64,000 nt of DNA from Candidatus Moranbacteria bacterium GW2011_GWC2_40_12. GTDB taxonomy: Bacteria > Patescibacteriota > Minisyncoccia > Moranbacterales > UBA11712. Made by a program: the position numbers and the translations under genes. The DNA lies in the NCBI GenBank assembly GCA_000995965.1, contig LBYD01000003.1, positions 17,713 through 81,712 on the forward strand, given 5' to 3'. Position 1 is the stretch's first letter; every line of letters starts with the position of its first letter. Below are positions 52,057 to 62,007 of this stretch, piece after piece. The notes below the pieces were generated by a model. The model saw only the letters and a program-made list of their open reading frames with translations. It did not search any database and was not told the DNA's origin.

Positions 52057-53742
52057 AAAAGGAAAACGAGAAATCAAAAAAAATCTGCCCTGAAGGACAG
52101 AATAGCTGTTTTTTGGAAAGATAAATCTTTTCTCCGGCATCGTTTTTTTTATTTGACAGTCGCGGCATCGATTTTTGCGATTGCTATTCTGGCAAGGACA
52201 TATCATATCACGACTTTGCCACCGGGAGTCTATCCGGACGAAGCCGTGAACGGGACAGACGCTATCAACGCTCTTGAAACTGGCCAATTTCAATGGTTCT
52301 ATCCTAATAACTACGGACGTGAAGGACTCTTTATGAATCTCATTGCTCTGGGATTCAAGATTTTCGGCGTGAGCGTCATAACTCTCAAAATGTGGTCCGT
52401 TCTTTTCGGCGTGCTGACCGTGGCCGGAATGATGCTTCTTGCCCGCGAGCTTTTCGGAACCTATCGCGCCGGCCTTGTCGCCGGATTCCTCTATGCCACT
52501 TCTTTTTGGGCTATCAATTTCAACCGCATTTCCTTCCGGGCCAATATGCTGCCGTTCGTCCTTGTTTTCACTTTCTATTTCCTCTTTAAGGGCCTTCGGG
52601 AGAAAAAAACCTATGATTATATCCTAGCCGGCGTCTTTTTTGGCCTTGGTGTCCATGGATATATCGCTTTCCGGATCGCGCCCGCAATTCTGGCCGCGCT
52701 GTTTCTCGCTTTTCTCATTTCAAAGAAAAAATTTCTTCGCCAATACTGGAAATCAATTCTGTCTTTTTTGCTGGCCGCCTTTTTTATCGCCCTTCCGATG
52801 CTCCTCACTTTCTGGTTCCATCCTGAATATTTTGAAACCCGCTCCGAATCCGTGTCTGTTTTTTCACCGAAAGTCAATCAAGGCCATCTTGGAAAAGCTC
52901 TCTGGGAAAGCGTGACCAAAACCTTTGGGATGTTCAATTTTCAGGGGGACCAAAACTGGCGGCATAATTTTCCAAGCCAGCCCCAGCTTCAATCCTGGAC
53001 GGGCATTTTTTTCTTGATCGGAATAATCGTCTTGTTTTATCATTTCTTTTTCTGGCTCTATCAAAGGATCAAAAACGGAAAAAGGAGCCAGGAATTTGTG
53101 GTTTCCGTTTTGCTTCTCTCATGGCTCGCAGCAATGCTGCTCCCCGGACTTCTCACCTATGAAGGCCTTCCCCACGCCCTCCGCACCATTGGCGCCCTTC
53201 CAGCCGCGATCCTCATTGCCGCTTTCGCCGTGGAAATTATTTTCAGATTCCTGGATCATATGAAAGCAAAAAATTTCCGGCTTCCGATTGCCCAGCTCGG
53301 CCGCGGAGCGCTTATCTTTCTCATTGCCTGGTCCGGATTTGTCGCCATAAAAACATATTTCATCGACTGGGCGAGCGCTCCAGAGATTCACGCGGGCTTT
53401 TCCCAAAATTTCAAAAATATGGCTCTTTATCTCAATAATCTTCCGGTTAGCGTCAACAAATATGTCGTCGCCAATGCTGGCGGCCAAATCATGGATGACG
53501 GCCTGCCGGTTTCAGCCGAAGTAGTCAGACTTCTCACTCATTCTCCCACACCGGGAATAAATTATTCCCGGCCCGGCGACTTCGACCCAAAAAACATCAA
53601 GGTACCGGCCAAAGTTGTCCTCATGTATTATGACGGAGAAATCATTGCCAAGATAAAATCGATTTTCCCCGGCGCCCTCGTCCAAAAACTCGACCCTCAG
53701 CCGGGAAACGGGACCGATTATTATGTTATTAATGTTAACTAA
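52057..53742 (+). CDS. GT-C fold glycosyltransferase (family 39/83, PMT/ArnT-like)
   Basis: ~13 TM helices. N-terminal loop with YPDEAVNGTDA (the DE motif). The track starts at TTG 51994; ATG candidates are at 52024 and 52057. Confidence 0.7.
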   Translation, partial: KRKTRNQKKSALKDRIAVFWKDKSFLRHRFFYLTVAASIFAIAILARTYHITTLPPGVYPDEAVNGTDAINALETGQFQWFYPNNYGREGLFMNLIALGFKIFGVSVITLKMWSVLFGVLTVAGMMLLARELFGTYRAGLVAGFLYATSFWAINFNRISFRANMLPFVLVFTFYFLFKGLREKKTYDYILAGVFFGLGVHGYIAFRIAPAILAALFLAFLISKKKFLRQYWKSILSFLLAAFFIALPMLLTFWFHPEYFETRSESVSVFSPKVNQGHLGKALWESVTKTFGMFNFQGDQNWRHNFPSQPQLQSWTGIFFLIGIIVLFYHFFFWLYQRIKNGKRSQEFVVSVLLLSWLAAMLLPGLLTYEGLPHALRTIGALPAAILIAAFAVEIIFRFLDHMKAKNFRLPIAQLGRGALIFLIAWSGFVAIKTYFIDWASAPEIHAGFSQNFKNMALYLNNLPVSVNKYVVANAGGQIMDDGLPVSAEVVRLLTHSPTPGINYSRPGDFDPKNIKVPAKVVLMYYDGEIIAKIKSIFPGALVQKLDPQPGNGTDYYVINVN

Positions 53743-53747
53743 AATTT

Positions 53748-55544
53748 ATGCTCGAAAAATACCAGCATCATATCGTGGCGGCAATTCTTATTATAGTACT
53801 CGCCATCTCCATCGGCACGGCACTCGGCGATGCGGCCATAATGGATGAGGTAGCCCATATTCCGTCGGGTTATTCCTATGTGAAATATCATGACTTCCGC
53901 CTCAATCCGGAACACCCGCCGCTTCTCAAAGATTTGGCCGGAATCCCCCTGCAATTTTTGGATGTCAGCTTTCCGACCAACGAGCAATTTTGGACCACCG
54001 ACGCCAATGGCCAATGGAACGCCGGCTGGCGTTTTCTGTATCTCCCCGGAAATGACACGGAAAAAATCATTTTTTGGTCGCGTTTCCCGATTATTCTCCT
54101 TTCACTTCTTCTCGGATTTTTTATTTTCAAATGGGCCAAGGAACTCTTCGGCCTGAAAGCAGGGCTTCTGGCGCTGGCTTTCTACGCCTTTGATCCCAAT
54201 ATTCTCGGCCACAATCACTATGTCACAACCGATCTTGGCATTGCCGCTTTTCTCTTTTTTGCCTTTTATTTTTTCCTGAAGTATCTCAAAAATCCGAATT
54301 GGCAGACAATCGCACTGGCTGGAATTTTCATGGCATTGGCGCAGCTGGCCAAATTTTCGGCAGTTCTTATGTTCCCTGTTTTTGGCATTGTTCTCCTCGC
54401 CAACATATTCTTTCGAAAGAAAAAAATCAAGTTTTCCCTCCTGGGATCGGGAAAAATAAAAAAATTCTGGCTTCAGAAATTTTATCTATACTCGTCCAGC
54501 TTTGTCATTATTTTTCTCATCCATATTCTTCTTATCGGAGTTGTCTATCAGCTGAATATCTATCGCATGCCAACCGAAAAAATTCACGAGCTTGTTGACA
54601 CGCAGCTGTATGGCGGATCGAAGAACCTTACCGGCGACACTCTTCACAAAATGGCGGATAACCCCGTTCTCCGCCCCTATAGCCAGTATCTTACAGGCCT
54701 TTTTATGGTTTTTGGGCGGGTGGCCGGCGGAAACACGACATATTTCTTCGGCCAGGTAACAAACCAGAGTTTTCGGGAATATTTTCCCATGGTGTTTCTC
54801 ATCAAAGAGCCTATACCCATTCTCCTGTTTCTCCTTAGCGCTCTGGCCATTGCTCTTTATTTCATCCTCCGAAATAATTTGGCTGATTTCCCGAGGCATA
54901 TTTGGAAAAACGTGAAAAATTATCTGGACGGCCATATTGCCGAAACTGCCATGCTTCTCTTCGTTGCCCTTTATGCCTATGTGAGCATCACGGGCAATCT
55001 CAACATCGGTTTTCGTCATCTTTTTCCGATTCTTCCGTTCATGTATATTCTCGTTTCCAAAGAAATTGTTTTTCTCTGGGCAAAATTGAGAGGCAATGCC
55101 AGAAAAATCTATTCTGTTGCTGTCGCCGTTCTTTTGCTCTGGCTCGCCGCCGAGACGGCTCTGGCCTATCCCTATTATCTCGCCTACTTCAATGAAACCG
55201 TTGGCGGATCAAAAAACGGCTACAAGTATGTAACCGATTCTAATGTTGACTGGGGGCAGGAGCTCAAACGCCTTCAAACCTTCATCGAGAAGAATAATAT
55301 TGAAAAAATCCGAGTTGACTATTTCGGCGGCGGCGATGTGAAACATTACCTTGGTGAAAGAGCGGTTATTTGGCACGCGGATCTGGGGCAAGAACCCGGC
55401 TGGTATGCAATATCCGCGACTTTCATCCAAAATTCTCTTTACTATAAAATCACCGAAGGAAAACCCGACTACCAGTGGCTGCGGGAAAAAGAACCTTATG
55501 CCGCAATCGGGCACTCAATACTGATATATAGAATTGTGAATTAA
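53748..55544 (+). CDS. GT-C fold glycosyltransferase (family 39/83), tandem paralogue
   Basis: IMDEVAHIPSGYSY first-loop DE motif. Polytopic. 598 aa. Confidence 0.7.
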   Translation: MLEKYQHHIVAAILIIVLAISIGTALGDAAIMDEVAHIPSGYSYVKYHDFRLNPEHPPLLKDLAGIPLQFLDVSFPTNEQFWTTDANGQWNAGWRFLYLPGNDTEKIIFWSRFPIILLSLLLGFFIFKWAKELFGLKAGLLALAFYAFDPNILGHNHYVTTDLGIAAFLFFAFYFFLKYLKNPNWQTIALAGIFMALAQLAKFSAVLMFPVFGIVLLANIFFRKKKIKFSLLGSGKIKKFWLQKFYLYSSSFVIIFLIHILLIGVVYQLNIYRMPTEKIHELVDTQLYGGSKNLTGDTLHKMADNPVLRPYSQYLTGLFMVFGRVAGGNTTYFFGQVTNQSFREYFPMVFLIKEPIPILLFLLSALAIALYFILRNNLADFPRHIWKNVKNYLDGHIAETAMLLFVALYAYVSITGNLNIGFRHLFPILPFMYILVSKEIVFLWAKLRGNARKIYSVAVAVLLLWLAAETALAYPYYLAYFNETVGGSKNGYKYVTDSNVDWGQELKRLQTFIEKNNIEKIRVDYFGGGDVKHYLGERAVIWHADLGQEPGWYAISATFIQNSLYYKITEGKPDYQWLREKEPYAAIGHSILIYRIVN

Positions 55545-55640
55545 GAATTTTGAATTGAGAATAGGAATATCGAATATTGAATCCTGAATTCTTTATTTTT
55601 TCTTCCCATTCAAAATTCAAAATTCGCAATTCCAAACTCC
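55531..55640. repeat. heptad-periodic palindromic element (GAATTNN type)
   Basis: gaattgt gaattaa gaatttt gaattga gaatagg aatatcg ..., then a loop, then cccattc aaaattc aaaattc gcaattc. Its first units encode the last 4 codons of the upstream gene. Confidence 0.8.
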
Positions 55641-55646
55641 AAAAAC

Positions 55647-56525
55647 CTATCTCAACTTATAATACACCTTCCCTTTCACCCTTATGTCCAAGTATTCCAG
55701 CTGGGATTTTTTATCCCCGGCGAGGTCTTTCTCGAATACTGTTTCGAGTATTTTTTTTGTTTCTTGCGGCGGAATGGCGCTCAAAAGCTTCAATGTCCAG
55801 CTTCCGTCGCCTTCTTTGATTCTTGTTATGATCTCCTGCGAAGTAAGAGCCGGCGTGTGATAATTTCCGTCAATTGAAAGCCCCAAATCATCGACAATCA
55901 CTGCATCAATTTCTTTGAGATACCTGATAAAGTCCTCGCCAAGCGTTGTTTTTCCCGTTTCCACGGGACGGGCGTTATCGTCAATCGCAACCAGAAAACG
56001 GTTTTTGTTTATTTCTTCGTCAGTCGCATTTGCCCCGGAATAGATCAAGCCGCTCTTATCGGCCAAATAGCAAACTCCCCCGCTGCACCAGACGAGTTCC
56101 GGCTGGCGCTCCCTGACTTTTATAAGTATCGCTCGCGGGAATTTCTTTTCAATCGATGAAATTTCGAGACGGTTGAAATCATCTTTGAGCTGGCTGCTTA
56201 TCGCGCTTTTATTGACCAGAAAAAAATTTCTTTTTGAAAAATACCTGATATATTTCCCCTCCATCACTCCTTCAACTTTTTCGATTATTCGCTCCGATGT
56301 AATTTCTTTGTTTCCTTCGACGGAAACCGATTCAATCTCCAAAAACGGGGAGAATAAAAGAAGATACCCGCAAACCCCAAAAAATCCCAAAAACAATACC
56401 CAAAAAATAAAGCGGCTGAAGCGGCCCCTTTTTTCCCGATTGTCCCTTCTCGGAACGCCTGAATAGACTTTTGGATTTCTCCCCTTCCAGCTTTTGTTTT
56501 TTTCTTTTTTTTGGAAAAAAGACAT
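55647..56525 (-). CDS. ftsQ: cell division protein FtsQ/DivIB
   Basis: Single TM helix, then a POTRA-like and FtsQ beta domain. 292 aa. Confidence 0.7.
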   Translation of the reverse strand: MSFFQKKEKNKSWKGRNPKVYSGVPRRDNREKRGRFSRFIFWVLFLGFFGVCGYLLLFSPFLEIESVSVEGNKEITSERIIEKVEGVMEGKYIRYFSKRNFFLVNKSAISSQLKDDFNRLEISSIEKKFPRAILIKVRERQPELVWCSGGVCYLADKSGLIYSGANATDEEINKNRFLVAIDDNARPVETGKTTLGEDFIRYLKEIDAVIVDDLGLSIDGNYHTPALTSQEIITRIKEGDGSWTLKLLSAIPPQETKKILETVFEKDLAGDKKSQLEYLDIRVKGKVYYKLR

Positions 56526-56534
56526 GGATGAATT

Positions 56535-57278
56535 TTATAAAAAGCTTTTCACCACCTTTGCCGCCATCCAGGCGTATATGTTCGTCCGGCCGTATTTCTT
56601 GATTCGGACGGATTCTTGCTTTTCTTGAAAAATGAAATCGAAAGTCTGGCCTTGGGCGTCGGTCCTCAAGTTTTCCGCCCGTGCTTCAGCCTCTTCGGAA
56701 AAACCGAATGTCGTCACTTTCGCTTTAGTGAAATTTTTGAGTTCCTTCACTCGGCCATCGTCGCAGTTCAAAAAGAGATAACCGTCTTTCGGCAATTGCT
56801 GAACCAGCAATTTCAATTCACCAAAAACATTGTCGAGGCTCGAATTCGCGTAAGTATAGCTTCCCTCGATGTTTGTAACAATAACTGCATTGGGACGCAC
56901 CATTTCAAGAAGGGGCTTCATGTCGCCTTTTTCCTCAACGCCAAGTTCGAGGACCAGTTTCTTGGGAAATTTCCGGCCAAAAAGGGCCCGCATTTTAGCC
57001 TGGACAAGAATTTTGAGCCACCGAAGCGCCGAAGATTCTCCGGAATCGAGATAGAGAATGGCGAGTGGCAGGCCGATTTCGGTGTTATATGATTTCGGGT
57101 TTCCCCGCACTTCTTTTTCGCCGTATTTTTCCCGCAGAAATTTCAAGATATAATCTTTGGTCGTGGTCTTGTTCGTGCTTCCCGCCACGGCAATGATGAA
57201 AGGCCTGTGCCGCCAGAGGGTTATCTTTGTCAAAAGCTTGAGATGAAATTGGACAATTTTCTTAAATATTGATTTCAT
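56535..57278 (-). CDS. truncated paralogue of the MurF-like Mur ligase (N-terminal ~55% only); possible pseudogene
   Basis: P-loop AVAGSTNKTTTKD. Carries NTEIGLPLAILYLDSGE (cf. NNEIGLPLTVLGLESGE in the 13219 gene). Ends inside the central domain. The track N-terminus (TTG 57374) is read through the repeat. Confidence 0.6.
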   Translation of the reverse strand: MKSIFKKIVQFHLKLLTKITLWRHRPFIIAVAGSTNKTTTKDYILKFLREKYGEKEVRGNPKSYNTEIGLPLAILYLDSGESSALRWLKILVQAKMRALFGRKFPKKLVLELGVEEKGDMKPLLEMVRPNAVIVTNIEGSYTYANSSLDNVFGELKLLVQQLPKDGYLFLNCDDGRVKELKNFTKAKVTTFGFSEEAEARAENLRTDAQGQTFDFIFQEKQESVRIKKYGRTNIYAWMAAKVVKSFL

Positions 57279-57282
57279 CAAT

Positions 57283-57359
57283 ATGTAATTAGTAATTGGT
57301 AATTTGTAATTGGGATATTTGTTCTGATCCGAATTGCGAATTACTAATTGCAAATTACG
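57283..57359. repeat. heptad-periodic palindromic element (GTAATTN variant)
   Basis: atgtaatt agtaatt ggtaatt tgtaatt ggg ..., then a loop, then gaattgc gaattac taattgc aaattac. Confidence 0.7.
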
Positions 57360-58527
57360 AAAAATTCTTGCCAAAGAATTTTTCTAACCGGTCAAACGCC
57401 AAGTTAATATCTTTTTCCGATCGCCCAAAACACATTCGAATGTGATTTTCTCCTCTGGGGCCAAAAGCGGAACCTGGCACCGTCGCAACTTTCGCTTTCT
57501 CCAATAATTCTATCGCAAACTGCCACGAACCGCCACCGGGAGCAATTTTTTGAATTATCTCCCTCTTTATCCTTGGAAAAACAAAATAGGCGCTGTCGGG
57601 TTTCTGGTATTCAAAAACGTGATTCATTTTATCCAGCCTTTTGCATGTAAGATCTCTTCTTTTTTGGAAATAGTTTTTGAACGTCTCAACATCTTCGTCC
57701 GCCATCTCGAGCGCCGCCTGGGCCGCGAACTGGGAAACGACCGGCGCGCAAGTGACCAGCGCGTCGTGGACTGCCAGAATTTTTTTGGCGAGATCCTGAT
57801 GCGTCGCGAGATACGCGATCCGCCAGCCGGTCATGGCGTAGGCTTTGGAAAAAGAAAAGATATAAACAAGCCGATCCCGGATGCCGCGCAGTTCAGCCAA
57901 GGAATATAATTTTCCTTCGCCATTGAAAATAAAATCCTTATAAACCTCATCGCTTAAAATATACAAATTATGCTTGATGGCCAACTGCGCCAGCGCGTGA
58001 AGCTGGTTACGCTTGAACATTGTCCCGGTCGGATTGTTGGGATTGCAAAAAAGAAAAGCTTTTGTCCGGGGGGTGATGAGTTTTTCAAATTCCTGGATAT
58101 CAAGCGCCCAATGTTTTTCTTCCGAGAGTGGGACGAAAACGGGAACTCCGCGGGCTACCTTGATCGCCGCCTGATACGAGGTATATGTCGGATCGGGAAT
58201 CAAGACTTCGTCCCCAGGCCCAAGAATCGCGAGCAGAGTTGCCGTGATAGCCTCAATTGATCCGGCCGTGGCAATGATTTCGGTTTCAAAATCAAAAAAT
58301 TTGTTTTCCCGTTCGAGATGCTGGGCAATTGTTTCCCTGAATTCGAGTGTTCCCGGCGCGAGTGAATATTTCGCCACCTTGCCTTTTTCGATCGCTTCAA
58401 TCGCCGCGTTTTTTATCGCATCCGGCGTGTCAAAAGACGGCACGCCCTGCGCCAGCGAAACAACTCCGGGGATGCGAGACGCCCGGAGTTCCATTTCCTT
58501 GATTGGGGAAAGATTTATACTAGACAT
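57355..58527 (-). CDS. pyridoxal-phosphate-dependent aminotransferase, class I (AspC family)
   Basis: SFSKAYAMTGWRIAY (PLP lysine motif). 390 aa. Confidence 0.85.
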   Translation of the reverse strand: MSSINLSPIKEMELRASRIPGVVSLAQGVPSFDTPDAIKNAAIEAIEKGKVAKYSLAPGTLEFRETIAQHLERENKFFDFETEIIATAGSIEAITATLLAILGPGDEVLIPDPTYTSYQAAIKVARGVPVFVPLSEEKHWALDIQEFEKLITPRTKAFLFCNPNNPTGTMFKRNQLHALAQLAIKHNLYILSDEVYKDFIFNGEGKLYSLAELRGIRDRLVYIFSFSKAYAMTGWRIAYLATHQDLAKKILAVHDALVTCAPVVSQFAAQAALEMADEDVETFKNYFQKRRDLTCKRLDKMNHVFEYQKPDSAYFVFPRIKREIIQKIAPGGGSWQFAIELLEKAKVATVPGSAFGPRGENHIRMCFGRSEKDINLAFDRLEKFFGKNFS

Positions 58528-58846
58528 TGAAGTTGGCTTTGAAGGGCTGGTGGTATTTGCTGTCTCTTCTTTTCACGATCCTTTCATCGACAAAATTTAT
58601 CCTTCTTTTCAAATATCTGACTATTTCTTCAAATCTCTCACCTTCTTCTGAACCCAAATCCTTCTGTCTCAATAATTCTTGATACTGCTTTACAAAATCT
58701 CTTAAAATATGAGAATCCATCACATTTCTTATAATTCGCTTGAATTCAGCAAATGTCACATTCCTGACATCAATTTCCGAAACATCTGCGCCATTATCGC
58801 TGTCGCTTGCTGATTTTTTTATCTTATGAAGGTCTTCAAGAGTCAT
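58520..58846 (-). CDS. hypothetical protein
   Basis: 108 aa with an ATG start, charged. The stop overlaps the aminotransferase start. Confidence 0.5.
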   Translation of the reverse strand: MTLEDLHKIKKSASDSDNGADVSEIDVRNVTFAEFKRIIRNVMDSHILRDFVKQYQELLRQKDLGSEEGERFEEIVRYLKRRINFVDERIVKRRDSKYHQPFKANFNV

Positions 58847-58850
58847 AAAT

Positions 58851-60116
58851 TTATTTTCTTTTTATTGTCTCCAAATTCCCGGGCATATATTTGCGAAGAA
58901 TTTCCGGAATGACCACGCTGCCGTCTTTTTGCTGATAATTCTCGATAATTGCAATCAAAGCCCTTGATACCGCGATGGCGGTGCCGTTGAGCATGTGCAA
59001 AAATTCTTTTTTTCCGTCCGCGCGTTTCACCTTAATGTTCAGTCTTCGCGCTTGATAGCTCGTCGTGTCGGAAGTCGAGGTGACCTCCCCCCAATCGTTT
59101 CGACTAGTCATCCAGGCTTCGAGGTCGTATTTCCGGTAAGCCGGCCCGCCCAGATCCCCCGTGCAAATGTCCACCACCCGAAACGGAATACCCAAATTCT
59201 TGAATATTTCCACTTCTATATTTTTTAGTTCAGTATGCATGGATTCAGAATTTTCTGGAGTGGTATAGGCAAACATCTCCACCTTCGTAAACTGGTGCAC
59301 TCGGAAAAGTCCCGCGCTGTGCCGGCCATAAGAACCGGCTTCTGTGCGGAAACAGTGGGAAAGAGCCACGTATCTCAATGGCAATTTTTTTTCGTCTATC
59401 GCCTCATCCTTGTGATATCCTCCCATCGTAATTTCCGCCGTTCCGACCAGATTTAGATCCGTTTTTTCAACACTGTATATCTGTGACTCTTCCCCCCGAG
59501 GATTAAATCCTATTCCGAGCAAAATATCATCTTTGGCGAGATCCGGAGTAGAGAAAGGGATGAATCCTTCTTTCACGCACATATCAAGCGCATAATTCAC
59601 CAATGCCTGCTCCAAAAATACCGCTTCGTTTTTGAGAAAATAGAATTTCGCACCGGCAACTTTCGCCCCCCGCTCAAAATCAATGAGATCGAGATTTTTC
59701 ATCAATTCTTCGTGTCCCTTCGGCTCAAAATCAAACTTCGGCGGCTCGCCATACCTTTCAATCTCTTTGTTCCCGGTGTCGTCTTTCCCTGCTGGCGAAT
59801 CGGGATGCGACATATTCGGGATCCGAAGATAGATCTTTTTCCATTTCTTTTCGGCTTTTTCAAATTTTGGCTCCAATTCCGACAACTGGTCTTTGATCGC
59901 TTTTCCCTTGATGATTGCTTCATCTTTGCTTACCGCGGATTTCATTTCTTCATTCAGCCTGTTTTTCTCATTTTTCAGCTCTTCTATTTTTCGCATCAAA
60001 TCCTTGCGCTCATCATCCAATCGCAAAAAACTATCAATGCCGCATTTGATATTGCGCAATTTGCAATTCTTTTTCACAGCGTCCTTATTTTCCCGGATGA
60101 ATTTGATGTCGAGCAT
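58851..60116 (-). CDS. serS: serine--tRNA ligase
   Basis: MLDIKFIRENKDAV start, N-terminal coiled-coil arm and class II motifs. ATG at 60116; the track extends upstream to 60146. Confidence 0.95.
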   Translation of the reverse strand: MLDIKFIRENKDAVKKNCKLRNIKCGIDSFLRLDDERKDLMRKIEELKNEKNRLNEEMKSAVSKDEAIIKGKAIKDQLSELEPKFEKAEKKWKKIYLRIPNMSHPDSPAGKDDTGNKEIERYGEPPKFDFEPKGHEELMKNLDLIDFERGAKVAGAKFYFLKNEAVFLEQALVNYALDMCVKEGFIPFSTPDLAKDDILLGIGFNPRGEESQIYSVEKTDLNLVGTAEITMGGYHKDEAIDEKKLPLRYVALSHCFRTEAGSYGRHSAGLFRVHQFTKVEMFAYTTPENSESMHTELKNIEVEIFKNLGIPFRVVDICTGDLGGPAYRKYDLEAWMTSRNDWGEVTSTSDTTSYQARRLNIKVKRADGKKEFLHMLNGTAIAVSRALIAIIENYQQKDGSVVIPEILRKYMPGNLETIKRK

Positions 60117-60120
60117 GAAT

Positions 60121-60351
60121 TTATTTTTGTGAATTATTCTTCTCAAACATGACTTCGCCGATAGCTTTTAGCTCATTCTCGATATTTATCAGTTCTGCTG
60201 ACACTAAAGCACGCCTGGTTTGCAATTCTTCTTCCAGATTCGCTAATTGTTCTGCATCCAGATTATTTATTTTTTCGTTGATAAATCTCGATTTTTTGAG
60301 ATTATCCAGGGCATTCTCTTCTGTTTCGCGCGCTTTTTCCAGATTGTTCAT
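60121..60351 (-). CDS. small coiled-coil hypothetical protein
   Basis: 76 aa with heptad E/L/N pattern and an ATG start. Sits directly upstream of serS. Confidence 0.45.
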   Translation of the reverse strand: MNNLEKARETEENALDNLKKSRFINEKINNLDAEQLANLEEELQTRRALVSAELINIENELKAIGEVMFEKNNSQK

Positions 60352-60364
60352 ATTTTTATGATTA

Positions 60365-61813
60365 TTATTTCTCTTTCATCGGAGGAAAAAGAACCGTTTC
60401 CCGCACCGATTTATTCATTAAAAAAGCAAACAGCCTTTCTGAAAAGCCGAAACCGAAGGCCGGCGGCATGCCATATTCGAGTGCTTCGACATAATCTTCG
60501 TCAAGCATTTGAGCTTCTTTGTCCCCCGCTTCGCGAAGCTTCATCTGCTCCTCGAATCGGGATCTTTGGTCAATCGGGTCATTCAGCTCCGAAAAGCCGT
60601 TACCGAGCTCTGAAGCGCAGGCGATGACCTGTAACCGCAAAACTTTTCGCGAATCTTTCGGATCTTTTTTGGCAAGAGGAGAGACTTCAACCGGATGGCC
60701 GACGAGAAAACAAGGTTCTATCAGCTTCGGCCGGACAATTTTCTTGAAAAGAAGATCCGTCATCCTGCCTTTACCAAAATTTGGATCGTATTTGATTTTC
60801 AGTTCATCCGCTTTTTTTTGCAGCTCCTTGATGTCAACATCTTTCGCAAGGTCAATTCCCGTTTCATTTTTAAACAACTTGAAATAATCCAGCTTCGGCC
60901 ATTTCGCGCCCCAATTTATTTTATTTCCTTCAAATTCAGTTTCCAGGCCTCCCGCGACACTCTTGATCAATGCCTTGAAGAGTTTTTCCACAAATCTCAT
61001 TCCGCCGCGAAGGTCCTGAAAGGCTTCGTATGTTTCCAGCATGTCATATTCCTGAAGATGCTCGCGATCAATCCCCTCGTTGCGAAAAACCCGCCCGATT
61101 TCAAATACTTTTTCATAGCCGCCGACCAAAAGTCTTTTCAGCCCCAGCTCAAGCGATATTCTCAAATAATAATCACGGTTGAGCGCATTGTGATGCGTCG
61201 CAAAGGGTTCTGCTTCTGCCCCGCCCGGTATGTTTTCAAATACGGGCGTCTGCACTTCAAGAAAACCGCTTTTCGAAAGAAATTTCCGGGCCGTTTGCCA
61301 AAAAATATTTTTTTTGCGAAATATTTCGCGCGTTTCCGGATTCATCATGAGATCAAGATAACGGCGGCGCAAAAGCTCTTCCGTATCCTTGAGACCAAAA
61401 TATTCGGTCGGCACGGGAGCAAGGCTTTTCGAAAGCATTTTCCAATCAGAAATCTGGAGAGTCATTTCGCCTGTTTTAGTTTTGAAAAGTTTTCCCCGCA
61501 CTTCAACAAAGTCTCCTAAATCAACATTATCGATGAAAAGTTTGTGTTTCCCGCCGCTCATATATTGCTCATTCAAAAATATCTGGATTTTCGCCGATTC
61601 GTCTTCAATATGGGCAAAAGCCGAACCGCCCATGGGACGAAGCGACCGGACTCTCCCGGTGAGGTTCAATTCCTTTTCCTGAAGAGCTTCGAATTTATCA
61701 AGGGCTTCCCGATTTTCCATCGAGCGCTTCGTTTTTTCCGGATACGTCTCCATTCCCGCTGAGCGCAGGTTCTCAAGTTTTTTGAGTTTTATTTCTTTGA
61801 TTTCATTCAACAT
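60365..61813 (-). CDS. lysS: lysine--tRNA ligase (class II)
   Basis: N-terminal OB anticodon-binding domain. Class II motifs, including a motif-3-like GFSERLFAFL. Confidence 0.95.
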   Translation of the reverse strand: MLNEIKEIKLKKLENLRSAGMETYPEKTKRSMENREALDKFEALQEKELNLTGRVRSLRPMGGSAFAHIEDESAKIQIFLNEQYMSGGKHKLFIDNVDLGDFVEVRGKLFKTKTGEMTLQISDWKMLSKSLAPVPTEYFGLKDTEELLRRRYLDLMMNPETREIFRKKNIFWQTARKFLSKSGFLEVQTPVFENIPGGAEAEPFATHHNALNRDYYLRISLELGLKRLLVGGYEKVFEIGRVFRNEGIDREHLQEYDMLETYEAFQDLRGGMRFVEKLFKALIKSVAGGLETEFEGNKINWGAKWPKLDYFKLFKNETGIDLAKDVDIKELQKKADELKIKYDPNFGKGRMTDLLFKKIVRPKLIEPCFLVGHPVEVSPLAKKDPKDSRKVLRLQVIACASELGNGFSELNDPIDQRSRFEEQMKLREAGDKEAQMLDEDYVEALEYGMPPAFGFGFSERLFAFLMNKSVRETVLFPPMKEK

Positions 61814-61816
61814 ACA

Positions 61817-61922
61817 AATTGAATTGAGAATTTAGAATTGGGAATTGCGAATGGGAACAAAGAATCATGAATTCTGAATTCTATATTCCGGATTCCCGTT
61901 CCAAATTCAAAATTCGCAATTC
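61817..61922. repeat. heptad-periodic palindromic element (GAATTNN type)
   Basis: gaattga gaattta gaattgg gaattgc gaatggg ..., then a loop, then cccgttc caaattc aaaattc gcaattc. Confidence 0.8.
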
Positions 61923-62007
61923 AAAAATCTTCTTATAGTATACCTATTTACCAATAAAAAACAAGGCTGGATATGTTTCCAGCCTTGTCCGCGATTATCC
62001 TAAAAAT

